Origin: Eledone cirrhosa
Taxonomy: Eukaryota
DNA length: 64,000 bases
Assembly (NCBI GenBank): GCA_964016885.1
Contig: OZ024744.1
Coordinates: 115,940,001 to 116,004,000, forward strand
Direction: 5' to 3'
Shown: positions 1 to 12,883 of the stretch, piece after piece
Position numbering within the stretch: position 1 is the first letter of the stretch
Layout: every line of letters starts with the position of its first letter
Position numbers and translations under genes: made by a program
Notes under the pieces: model-generated
The model's database searches: none
What the model saw: only the letters and a program-made list of their open reading frames with translations
What the model was told of the DNA's origin: nothing

Positions 1-3000
1 CTATCATATCTTGTCTCTCTCTCTCTCTATATATATAATGTCCCTCATATCTTGTCTCTCTCTCTCTATATATATAATGTCCCTCATATCTTGTCTCTCT
101 CTCTCTATATATATAATGTCTATCATATCTTGTCTCTCTCTCTCTATATATATAAAATGCCTCTCATATCTTGTCTCTCTCTCTCTATATATATATAATG
201 TCTCTCATATCTTGTCTCTCTGTCTATATATATAATGTCTCTCATATCTTGTCTCTCTCTCTATATATATATATAATGTCTCTCATATCTTGTCTCTCTC
301 TCTCTATATATACAATGTCTCTCATATCTTGTCTCTCTCTCTATATATATAATGTCTCTCATATCTTGTCTCTCTCTATATATATATAATGTCTCTCATA
401 TCTTGTCTCTCTCTCTCTATATATATAATGTCTCTCATATCTTGTCTCTCTCCGTCTCTCTATATAATGTCTCTCATATCTTGTCACTCTCTCTCTATAT
501 ATATAATGTCTCTCATATCTTGTCTCTCTCTCTCTCTATATATATAATGTCTCTCATATCTTGTCTCTCTCTCTATATATACAATGTCTCTCATATCTTG
601 TCTCTCTCTCTATATATATATAATGTCTCTCATATCTTGTCTCTCTCTCTCTATATATATAATGTCTCTCATATCTTGTCTCTCTCTCTATATATATAAT
701 GTCTCTCATATCTTATCTCTCTCTCTATATATATATAAAGTCTCTCATATCTTGTCTCTCTCTCTATATATAATGTCTCTCATATCTTGTCTCTCTCTCT
801 CTCTATATATATATAATGTCTCTCATATCTTGTCTCTCTCTCTATATATATAATGTCTCTCATATCTTGTCTCTCTCTATATATATATAATGTCTCTCAT
901 ATCTTGTCTCTCTCTATATATATAATGTCTCTCATATCTTGTCTCTCTCTCTATATATATATAATGTCTCTCATATCTCGTCTCTCTCTCTATATATATA
1001 TATAATGTCTCTCATATCTTGTCTCTCTCTCTATATATATAATGTCTCTCATATCTTGTCTCTCTCTCTATATATATAATGTCTATCATATCTTGTCTCT
1101 CTCTCTCTATATATATAATGTCCCTCATATCTTGTCTCTCTCTCTATATATATATAATGTCTCTCATATCTTGTCTCTCTCTCTATATATATAATGTCTC
1201 TCGTATCTTGGCTCTCTCTCTATATATATAATGTCTCTCATATCTTGTCTCTCTCTATATATATAATGTCTCTCATATCTTGTCTCTCTCTCTATATATA
1301 TAATGTCGCTCATATCTTGTCTCTCTCTCTCTATATATATAATGTCTCTCATATCTTGTCTCTCTGTCTCTCTCTATATATAATGTCTCTCATATCTTGT
1401 CTCTCTCTCTCTATATATATATAAAGTCTCTCATATCTTGTCTCTCTCTCTCTATATATATATAATGTCTCTCATATCTTGTCCCTCTCTCTCTATAAAT
1501 AATGTTTCTCGTATCTTGTCTCTCTCTCTATATATATATAATGTCTCTCATATCTTGTCTCTCTCTCTATATATATAATGTCTCTCATATCTTATCTCTC
1601 TCTCTCTATATATATAAAATGCCTCTCATATCTTGTCTCTCTCTCTCTATATATATATAATGTCTCTCATATCTTGTCTCTCTGTCTATATATATAATGT
1701 CTCTCATATCTTGTCTCTCTCTCTCTCTATATATATAATGTCTCTCATATCTTGTCTCTCTCTCTCTATATATATAATGTCTCTCATATCTTGTCTCACT
1801 CTCTATATATATATAATGTCTCTCATATCTTGTCTCTCTCTCTCTATATATATATAATGTCTCTCATATCTTGTCTCTCTCTCTCTATATATATATAATG
1901 TCTCTCATATCTTGTCTCTCTCTCTATATATATATTATGTCTCTCATATCTTGTCTCTCTCTATATATATAATGTCTCTCATATCTTGTCTCTCTCTCTC
2001 TCTATATATAATGTCTCTCATATCTTGTCTCTCTCTCTATATATACAATGTCTCTCATATCTTGTCTCTCTCTATATATATATATAATGTCTCTCATATC
2101 TTGTCTCTCTCTATATATATAATGTCTCTCATATCTTGTCGCTCTCTCTCTATATATATAATGTCTCTCATATCTTGTCTCTCTCTATATATATAATGTC
2201 TCTCATATCATGTCACTCTCTCTCTATATATATAATGTCTCTCATATCTTGTCTCTCTCTCTCTCTATATATATAATGTCTCTCATATCTTCTCTCTCTC
2301 TCTATATATACAATGTCTCTCATATCTTGTCTCTTTCTATCTATATATATAATGTCTCTCATATCTTGTCTCTCTCTCTATATATATATAATGTCTCTCA
2401 TATCTTGTGTCTCTCTCTCTATATATATATATAATGTCTCTCATATCTTGTCTCTCTCTCTATATATATAATGTCTCTCATATCTTGTCTCTCACTCTCT
2501 ATATATATAATGTCTCTCATATCTTGTCTCTCTCTCTATATATATATAATGTCTCTCATATCTTGTCTCTCTCTATATATATATAATGTCTCTCATATCT
2601 TGTCTCTCTCTATATATATATAATGTCTCTCATATCTTGTCTCTCTCTCTATATATATACTGTCTCTCATATCTTGTCTCTCTCTCTATATATATATAAT
2701 GTCTCTCATATCTTGTCTCTCTGTCTCTCTCTATATATAATGTCTCTCATATCTTGTCTCTCTCTCTCTATATATATATAAAGTCTCTCATATCTTGTCT
2801 CTCTCTCTCTATATACAATGTCTCTCATATCTTGTCCCTCTCTCTCTCTATATATATAATGTCTCTCATATCTTATCTCTCTCTCTCTCTATATATAAAA
2901 TGCCTCTCATATCTTGTCTCTCTCTCTCTATATATATATAATGTCTCTCATATCTTGTCTCTCTGTCTATATATATAATGTCTCTCATATCTTGTCTCTC

Positions 3001-6000
3001 TCTCTCTATATATATATAATGTCTCTCATATCTTGTCTCTCTCTCTATATATATATAATGTCTCTCATATCTTGTCTCACTCTCTCTATATATATAATGT
3101 CTCTCATATCTTGTCTCTCTCTCTCTATATATATATAATGTCTCTCATATCTTGTCTCTCTCTCTATATATATATATAATGTCTCTCATATCTTGTCTCT
3201 CTCTCTATATATATATTATGTCTCTCATATCTTGTCTCTCTCTATATATATATAATGTCTCTCATATCTTGTCTCTCTCTCTATATATATAATGTCTCTC
3301 ATATCTTGTCTCTCTCTCTATATATATAATGTCTATCATATATTGTCTCTCTCTCTCTATATATATAATGTCTCTCATATCTTGTCTCTCTGTCTCTCTC
3401 TATATATAATGTCTCTCATATCTTGTCTCTCTCTCTCTATATATATATAAAGTCTCTCATATCTTGTCTCTCTCTCTATATACAATGTCTCTCATATCTT
3501 GTCTCTCTCTCTATCTATATATATAATGTCTCTCATATCTTGTCTCTCTCTCTATATATATATAATGTCTCTCATATCTTGTCCCTCTCTCTCTATAAAT
3601 AATGTTTCTCATATCTTGTCCCTCTCTCTCTATATATATATAATGTCTCTCATATCTTGTCTCTCTCTCTATATATATATATAATGTCTCTCATATCTTG
3701 TCTCTCTCTCTATATATACAATGTCTCTCATATCTTGTCTCTTTCTCTATATATATATAATGTCTCTCATATCTTGTCTCTCTCTCTATATATATATAAT
3801 GTCTCTCATATCTTGTCTCTCTCTCTATATATATAATGTCTCTCATATCTTATCTCTCTCTCTATATATATATAAAGTCTCTCATATCTTGTCTCTCTCT
3901 CTATATATAATGTCTCTCATATCTTGTGTCTCTCTCTCTCTCTATATATATAATGTCTCTCCTATCTTGTCTCTCTCTCTATATATATATAATGTCTCTC
4001 ATATCTTGTCTCTCTCTCTCTCTATATATAATGTCTCTCATATCTTGTCTCTCTCTCTATATATATATAATGTCTCTCATATCTTGTATCTCTCTCTCTA
4101 TATATAATGTCTCTCATATCTTGTCTCTCTCTATATATATATAATGTCTCTCATATCTTGTCTCTGTCTATATATATAATGTCTCTCATATCTTGTCTCT
4201 CTCTCTATATATATAATGTCTCTCATATCTTGTCTCTCTCTCTCTATATATATAATGTCTCTCATATCTTGTCTCTCTGTCTCTCTCTATATATAATGTC
4301 TCTCATATCTTGTCTCTCTCTCTATATATATATAAAGTCTCTCATATCTTGTCTCTCTCTCTCTATATACAATGTCTCTCATATCTTGTCTCTCTCTCTA
4401 TATATATAATGTCTCTCACATCTTATCTCTCTCTCTCTATATATATATAATGTCTCTCATATCTTGTCTCTGTCTCTCTATATATATATAATGTCTCTCA
4501 TATCTTGTCTCTCTCTCTCTCTATATATATGTAATGTCTCTCATATCTTGTCTCTCTCTCTATATATATAATGTCTCTCATATCTTGTCTCTCTCTCTAT
4601 ATGTATATAATGTCTCTCATATCTTGTCTCTCTCTCTCTATATATATAATGTCTCTCATATCTTATCTCTCTCTCTATATATATAATGTCTCTCATATCT
4701 TGTCTCTCTCTCTCTATATATATATAATGTCTCTCATATCTTGTCTCTCTCTCTATATGTATATAATGTCTCTCATATCTTGTCCCTCTCTCTCTATATA
4801 TATAATGTCTCTCATATCTTGTCTCTCTCCCTCTCTCTCTATATAATGTCTCTCATATCTTGTCTCTCTCTCTATATATATATATAATGTCTCTCATATC
4901 TTGTCTCTCTCTCTATATATATAATGTCTCTCATATCTTGTCTCTCTCTCTATATGTATATAATGTCTCTCATATCTTGTCCCTCTCTCTCTATATATAT
5001 AATGTCTCTCATATCTTGTCTCTCTCTCTATATATATATATAATGTCTCTCATATCTTGTCTCTCTCTCTATATATATAATGTCTCTCATATCTTGTCTC
5101 TCACTCTATATACATATAATGTCTCTCATATCTTGTCTCTCTCTCTATATATATAATGTCTCTCATATCTTGTCTCTCTCTCTCTCTATATATATATAAT
5201 GTCTCTCATATCTTGTCTCTCTCTCTCTATATATATAATGTCTCTCATATCTTGTCCCTCTCTCTCTATAAATAATGTTTCTCATATCTTGTCCCTCTCT
5301 CTCTATATATATATAATGTCTCTCATATCTTGTCTCTCTCTCTATATATATAATGTCTCTCATATCTTGTCTCTCTCTTATATATATATATAATGTCTCT
5401 CATATCTTGTCTTTCTCTCTATATATATAATGTCTCTCATATCTTATCTCTGTCTCTCTATATATATAAAATGCCTCTCATATCTTGTCTCTCTCTCTCT
5501 CTATATATATAATGTCTCTCATATCTTGTCTCTCTGTCTATATATATAATGTCTCTCATATCTTGTCTCTCTCTCTATATATATATGTAATGTCTCTCAT
5601 ATCTTGTCTCTCGCTCTATATATACAATGTCTCTCATATCTTGTCTCTCTCTCTATATATATATAATGTCTCTCATATCTTGTCTCTCTCTATATATAAT
5701 GTCTCTCATATCTTGTCTCTCTCTCTATATATATATAATGTCTCTCATATCTTGTCTCTCTCTATATATATATAATGTCTCTCATATCTTGTCACTCTCT
5801 CTCTCTATATATAATGTCCCTCATATCTTGTCTCTCTCTCTCTATATATATATAATGTCTCTCATATCTTGTCTCTCTCTCTATATATACAATGTCTCTC
5901 ATATCTTGTCTCTCTCTCTATATATATATAATGTCTCTCATATCTTGTCTCTCTCTCTCTATATATATAATGTCTCTCATATCTTGTCTCTCTCTCTATA

Positions 6001-8787
6001 TATATAATGTCTCTCATATCTTATCTCTCTCTCTATATATATATAAAGTCTCTCATATCTTGTCTCTCTCTCTATATATAATGTCTCTCATATCTTGTCT
6101 CTCTCTCTCTCTCTATATATATAATGTCTCTCATATCTTGTCTCTCTCTCTATATATATAATGTCTCTCATATCTTGTCTCTCTCTATATATATATAATG
6201 TCTCTCATATCTTGTCGCTCTCTATATATATAATGTCTCTCATATCTTGTCTCTCTCTCTATATATATATAATATCTCTCATATCTCGTCTCTCTCTCTC
6301 TATATATATATAATGTCTCTCATATCTTGTCTCTCTCTCTCTATATATATATAATGTCTCTCATAGCCTGTCTCTCTCTCTCTCTATATATAATGTCTCT
6401 CATATCTTGTCTCTCTCTCTATATATATAATGTCTCTCATAACTTGTCTCTCTGTCTCTCTCTATATATAATGTCTCTCATAACTTGTCTCTCTCCTTAT
6501 ATATATAATGTCTCTCATATCTTGTCTCTCTCTCTATATATATAATGTCTCTCATATCTTGTCTCTCTCTCTCGATATATAATGTCTATCATATCTTGTC
6601 TCTCTCTCTCTATATATATAATGTCCCTCATATCTTGTCTCTCTCTCTCTATATATATAATGTCTCTCATATCTTGTTTCTCTCTATATATAATGTCTCT
6701 CATATCTTGTCTCTCTCTATATATATATAATGTCTCTCATCTTGTCTCTCTCTATATATATAATGTCTCTCATATCTTGTCTCTCTCTCTATATATATAA
6801 TGTCTCTCATATCTTGTCTCTCTGTCTCTCTCTATATATAATGTCTCTCATATCTTGTCTCTCTCTCTCTATATATATAAAGTCTCTCATATCTTGTCTC
6901 TCTCTCTCTCTATATATATAATGTCTCTCATATCTTGTCCCTCTCTCTCTATAAATAATGTTTCTCATATCTTGTCCCTCTCTCTATATATATATATAAT
7001 GTCTCTCATATCATGTCTCTCTCTATATATATATAATGTCTCTCATATCTTGTCTCTCTCTCTCTATATATATATAATGTCTCTCATATCTAGTCTCTCT
7101 CTCTATATATATAATGTCTCTCATATCTTATCTCTCTCTCTCTATATATATAAAATGCCTCTCATATCTTGTCTCTCTCTCTCTATATATATATAATGTC
7201 TCTCATATCTTGTCTCTCTGTCTATATATATAATGTCTCTCATATCTTGTCTCTCTCTCTTTATATATATATAATGTCTCTCATATCTTGTCTCTCTCTC
7301 TATATATATATAATGTCTCTCATATCTTGTCTCACTCTCTATATATATATAATGTCTCTCATATCTTGTCTCTCTCTCTATATATATATATAATGTCTCT
7401 CATATCTTGTCTCTCTCTCTCTATATATATATAATGTCTCTCATATCTTGTCTCTCTCTCTATATATATATTATGTCTCTCATATCTTGTCTCTCTCTAT
7501 ATATATAATGTCTCTCATATCTTGTCTCTCTCTCTCTCTATATATATAATGTCTCTCATATCTTGTCTCTCTCTCTATATATACAATGTCTCTCATATCT
7601 TGTCTCTCTCTCTCTCTATATATATAATGTCTCTCATATCTTGTCTCTCTCTCTATATATACAATGTCTCTCATATCTTGTCTCTCTCTATATATAATGT
7701 CTCTCATATCTTGTCTCTCTCTATATATATAATGTCTCTCATATCTTGTCACTCTCTCTCTATATATATAATGTCTCTCATATCTTGTCTCTCTCTCTCT
7801 ATATATATATAATGTCTCTCATATCTTGTCTCTCTCTCTATATATACAATGTCTCTCATATCTTGTCTCTTTCTCTATATATATATAATGTCTCTCATAT
7901 CTTGTCTCTCTCTATATATATAATGTCTCTCATATCTTGTCACTCTCTCTCTATTTATATAATGTCTCTCATATCTTGTCTCTCTCTCTATATATATAAT
8001 GTCTCTCATATCTTGTCTCTCTCTCTATATATATATAATGTCTCTCATATCTTGTCTCTCTCTCTATATATACAATGTCTCTCATATCTTGTCTCTCTCT
8101 CTATATATACAATGTCTCTCATATCTTGTCTCTCTATCTATATATATAATGTCTCTTATATCTTGTCTCTCTCTCTATATATATATAATGTCTCTCATAT
8201 CTTGTCTCTCTCTCTATATATATAATGTCTCTCATATCTTGTCTCTCTCTCTATATATATAATCTCCATCATATCTTGTCTCTCTCTCTCTATATATAAT
8301 GTCTCTCATATTTTGTCTCTCTCTCTCTATATATATAATGTCTCTCATATCTTGTCCCTCTCTCTCTATATATAATGTCTCTCATATCTTGTCTCTCTCT
8401 CTCTATATATAATGTCTCTCATATCTTGTCTCTCTCTCTATATATATATAATGTCTCTCATATCTTGTCTCTCTCTCTATATATATAATGTCTCTCATAT
8501 CTTGTCTCTCTCTCTCTATATATAATGTCTATCATATCTTGTCTCTCTCTCTCTCTATATATAATGTCTGTCATATCTTGTCTCTCTCTCTATATATATA
8601 TAATCTCTCTCATATCTTGTCTCTCTCTCTATATACAATGTCTTTCATATCTTGTCTCTCTCTCTCTATATATATATAATGTCTCTCATATCTTGTCTCT
8701 CTCTCTATATATATATAATGTCTCTCATATCTTGTCTCTCTCTCTATATAGATAATGTCTCTCATATCTTATCTCTCTCTCTATATA
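1..8787. repeat. Tandem satellite array, monomer AATGTCTCTCATATCTTG(TC)n(TA)mT (~35-43 bp); segment 1, open at window start
   Basis: Continuous head-to-tail copies of an 18-bp core followed by (TC)4-7 and (TA)3-6 tracts, with scattered point variants. Confidence 0.98.
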
Positions 8788-8791
8788 AAAT

Positions 8792-9027
8792 AATAATGAA
8801 ATTATTGTGTACAGTGCTCAGGTGCACTACAACTCATCAAAGGTGCATGTATAGTACATAGAATAATGTACAAATGTCAGGAAAATAAACAGTGTATGAG
8901 TCATGATATAATAACAATAACAATAATGAAATATTGTGCACAGTGCCCAGGTGCACCACAACCCATCAAAAAAGTGCATGTACAGTACATAGGGCAATGC
9001 ACAAACATCAGTAAAATGAACAGTGCA
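8792..9027 (-). repeat. Diverged direct duplication of the LINE 3' end (8792-8896 and 8922-9027, period 130 bp, ~83% identical)
   Basis: aataatgaaattattgtgtacagtgctcaggtgcactacaactcatc... aligns with aataatgaaatattgtgcacagtgcccaggtgcaccacaacccatc.... Also present at 11966-12201, 15575-15810 and 38980-39215. Confidence 0.92.
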
Positions 9028-9058
9028 CACATGTGTGCATGTGTATGGAAGGGGCACA

Positions 9059-9709
9059 TCAGGTGTAGTTTTGGCGTATTTCGGGAAGCATGAGTGTCTT
9101 AAAGGATGCAGTGTCTCGGCAGCTAACAATTGACGCAGGCAGTTTGTTCCATGTTTCAGCAATTCTGAGCGTGAAAAAATGTCTGCGAAAGTCATGGGAG
9201 CTGTGCTGTTTTCTTATCTTGTAGGCATGTCCACGTGTGTTAGACACATGGAGATCAAAGAGGCGCTCAGGGTTGCAGTTGGCGAGATGGTTAAAAACTT
9301 TGTGGGTATTCACCAAGTCCACTGCCAGACGTCGGAGCTTCAATGAATCCATGCCCAGGGAAGCAAGGCGTTCAGAGTATGGTAGGTGTCTGATGGAGGG
9401 TATGCGCTTGGTTGCACGTCTCTGAACAGTTTCCAGGAGGTCAATGTTCCGAGCAAGATAGGGGTTCCAGACTGATGATGCGAATTCCAAGTGTGGTCGC
9501 ACCATAGCTGTATACAGTTTTAAATAGATGGCTGGAGAGCGGCTAACAAAGGTCTTGCTGAGTGATGCCAAGACACCCTCGGCCTTCTTGACAATCTTAG
9601 AGACATGCTTTGTCCAACGCAAATCGTTGCTGACAGTAATGCCTAGGTCACGTTCACAAGAGGACTTTTTGATGTCAGTGTTGTGGAGGGAGTATGTGGA
9701 CGCTGGATT
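9059..9709 (-). pseudogene. Truncated CR1 ORF2 C-terminal fragment (end of RT/thumb and C-terminal region), 216 codons plus stop, no true start
   Basis: The frame stays open upstream of the track's TTG start (9622) to the junction: NPASTYSLHNTDIKKSSCERDLGITVSNDLRWTKHV...; TGA at 9059-9061. The endonuclease and YADD catalytic core are absent. Confidence 0.9.
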
Positions 9710-11961
9710 ATATATATATAATGTCTCTCATATCTTGTCTCTGTCTCTCTATATATATATAATGTCTCTCATATCTTGTCTCTCTCTCTATATATATGTA
9801 ATGTCTCTCATATCTTGTCTCTCTCTCTATATATATAATGTCTCTCATATCTTGTCTCTCTCTCTATATGTATATAATGTCTCTCATATCTTGTCTCTCT
9901 CTCCCTATATATATAATGTCTCTCATATCTTGTCTCTCTCTCTATATATATATAATGTCTCTCAAATCTTGTCTCTCTCTCTCTATATATAATGTCTCTC
10001 ATATCTTATCTCTCTCTCTATATATATAATGTCTCTCATATCTTGTCTCTCTCTCTATATATATATAATGTCTCTCATATCTTGTCTCTCACTCTCTATA
10101 TATAATGTCTCACATATCTTGTCCCTCTCTCTCTATATATATAATGTCTCTCATATCTTGTCTCTCTCCATCTCTCTATATAATGTCTCTCATATCTTGT
10201 CTCTCTCTCTCTATATATATATAATGTCTCTCATATCTTGTCTCTCTCTCTATATATATAATGTCTCTCATATCTTGACTCTCTCTCTATATACATATAA
10301 TGTCTCTCATATCTTGTCTCTCTCTCTATATATATAATGTCTCTCATATCTTGCCTCTCTCTCTCTATATATATATAAAATGTCTCTCATATCTTGTCTC
10401 TCTCTCTATATATATATAATGTCTCTCATATCTTGTCTCTCTCTCTCTATATATATAATGTCTCTCATATCTTGCCCCTCTCTCTCTATAAATAATGTTT
10501 CTCATATATTGTCCCTCTCTCTCTCTATATATATAATGTCTCTCATATCTTGTCTCTCTCTATATATATATAATGTCTCTCATATCTTGTCTCTCTCTCT
10601 ATATATATATAATGTCTCTCATATCTTGTCTCTCTCTATATATATACAATGTCTCTCATATCTTGTCTCTCTCTCTATATATACAATGTCTCTCATATCT
10701 TGTCTCTCTCTCTATATATATAATGTCTCTCATATCTTGTCTCTCTCTCTATATATATATAATGTCTCTCATATCTTGTCTCTCTCTCTATATATATAAT
10801 GTCTCTCATATCTTGTCTCTCTCTCTATATATATAATCTCTATCATATCTTGTCTCTCTCTCTCTCTATATATAATGTCTCTCATATTTTGTCTCTCTCT
10901 CTATATATATATAATGTCTCTCATATCTTGTCCCTCTCTCTCTATATATAATGTCTCTCATATCTTGTCTCTCTCTCTCTATATATAATGTCTCTCATAT
11001 CTTGTCTCTCTCTCTATATATATAATGTCTCTCATATCTTATCTCTCTCTCTATATATAAAATGCCTCTCATATCTTGTCTCTCTCTCTCTATATATATA
11101 TAATGTCTCTCATATCTTGTCTCTCTCTCTCTATATATATAATGTCACTCATATCTTGTATCTATCTCTATGTATATAATGTCTCTCTCTATATATATAA
11201 TGTCTCTCATATCTTGTCTCTCTCTCTATATATATATAATGTCTCTCATATCTTGTCTCTCTCTCTATATATATATATAATGTCTCTCATATGTTGTCTC
11301 TCTCTCTCTATATATATAATGTCTCTCATATCTTGTCTCTCTCTCTCTCTATCTATATATAATGTCTCTCATATCTTGTCTCTCTCTCTATAAATATAAT
11401 GTCTCTCATATCTTGTCTCTCTCTATATATATAATGTCTCTCATATCTTGTCTCTCTCTCTATATATATATAATGTCTCTCATATCTTGTCTCTCTCTCT
11501 CTATATATACAATGTCTCTCATATCTTGTCTCTCTCTCTATATATACAATGTCTCTCATATCTTGTCTCTCTCTCTATATATATAATGTCTCTCATATCT
11601 TGTCTCTCTCTCTCTATATATATAATGTCTCTCATATCTTGTCTCTCTCTCTATATATATAATGTCTCTCATATCTTGTCTCTCTCTCTCTATATATAAT
11701 GTCTATCATATCTTGTCTCTCTCTCTCTCTATATATAATGTCTGTCATATCTTGTCTCTCTCTCTATATATATATAATCTCTCTCATATCTTGTCTCTCT
11801 CTCTATATACAATGTCTTTCATATCTTGTCTCTCTCTCTATATATATATATAATGTCTCTCATATCTTGTCTCTCTCTCTATATATATATAATGTCTCTC
11901 ATATCTTGTCTCTCTCTCTATATAGATAATGTCTCTCATATCTTATCTCTCTCTCTATATA
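9710..11961. repeat. Satellite array segment 2
   Basis: Same monomer and same orientation. Confidence 0.98.
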
Positions 11962-12883
11962 AAATAATAATGAAATTATTGTGTACAGTGCTCAGGTGCA
12001 CTACAACTCATCAAAGGTGCATGTATAGTACATAGAATAATGTACAAATGTCAGGAAAATAAACAGTGTATGAGTCATGATATAATAACAATAACAATAA
12101 TGAAATATTGTGCACAGTGCCCAGGTGCACCACAACCCATCAAAAAAGTGCATGTACAGTACATAGGGCAATGCACAAACATCAGTAAAATGAACAGTGC
12201 ACACATGTGTGCATGTGTATGGAAGGGGCACATCAGGTGTAGTTTTGGCGTATTTCGGGAAGCATGAGTGTCTTAAAGGATGCAGTGTCTCGGCAGCTAA
12301 CAATTGACGCAGGCAGTTTGTTCCATGTTTCAGCAACTTTGAGCGTGAAAAAATGTCTGCGAAAGTCATGGGAGCTGTGCTGTTTTCTTATCTTGTAGGC
12401 ATGTCCACGTGTGTTAGACACATGGAGATCAAAGAGGCGCTCAGGGTTGCAGTTGGCGAGATGGTTAAAAACTTTGTGGGTATTCACCAAGTCCACTGCC
12501 AGACGTCGGAGCTTCAATGAATCCATGCCCAGGGAAGCAAGGCGTTCAGAGTATGGTAGGTGTCTGATGGAGGGTATGCGCTTGGTTGCACGTCTCTGAA
12601 CAGTTTCCAGGAGGTCAATGTTCCGAGCAAGATAGGGGTTCCAGACTGATGATGCGAATTCCAAGTGTGGTCGCACCATAGCTGTATACAGTTTTAAATA
12701 GATGGCTGGAGAGCGGCTAACAAAGGTCTTGCTGAGTGATGCCAAGACACCCTCGGCCTTCTTGACAATCTTAGAGACATGCTTTGTCCAACGCAAATCG
12801 TTGCTGACAGAAATGCCTAGGTCACGTTCACAAGAGTACTTTTTGATGTCAGTGTTGTGGAGGGAGTATGTGGACGCTGGATT
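11962..12883 (-). mobile_element. 5'-truncated CR1-clade LINE fragment, copy 2
   Basis: Same junctions as copy 1 at offset 3174; differs from it at 4 positions seen. Confidence 0.93.
12233..12883 (-). pseudogene. Truncated CR1 ORF2 C-terminal fragment, copy 2
   Basis: Same open frame; FFTLKVAE variant. Confidence 0.9.

Larger units (their letters stand above)
8788..9709 (-). mobile_element. 5'-truncated CR1-clade non-LTR retrotransposon (LINE) fragment, copy 1
   Basis: The minus strand encodes CR1 ORF2 C-terminal motifs ERDLGI, LYTAMVRPHLEFASSVWNP, LETVQRRATK, YSERL, RRLAVDL, TRGHAYK, HFFTLR and WNKLP. A ~270 bp 3' UTR follows, ending in CATTATTATTTT. It sits in a satellite (TA)n tract; the left junction is uncertain by about 4 bp. 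Confidence 0.93.

Noticed and set aside
8897-8903. AP-1 site TGAGTCA in the linker between the two 3' modules
   Set aside because: A single 7-mer with no supporting context.
8792-9027. Fungal RIP as the cause of CpA to TpA differences
   Set aside because: CR1-clade LINEs are typical of animals, and the four near-identical LINE copies and CpA-rich satellite show no RIP damage.
8827-9425. Alternative ORFs within the LINE (122 aa minus, 75 aa plus, 62 aa plus) and their copies
   Set aside because: They are off-frame or antisense shadows of ORF2 and the 3' UTR with no recognisable motifs. Their conservation only reflects recent duplication.
9059-9622. Functional or domesticated 187-aa protein
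   Set aside because: The start is an internal TTG, the frame is cut at the junction, catalytic motifs are absent, and all observed variants are nonsynonymous.
9528-9992. 154-aa LINE-antisense/satellite fusion ORF present in all four copies
   Set aside because: A chance open frame running from antisense ORF2 into the repeat; it was copied along with the block.
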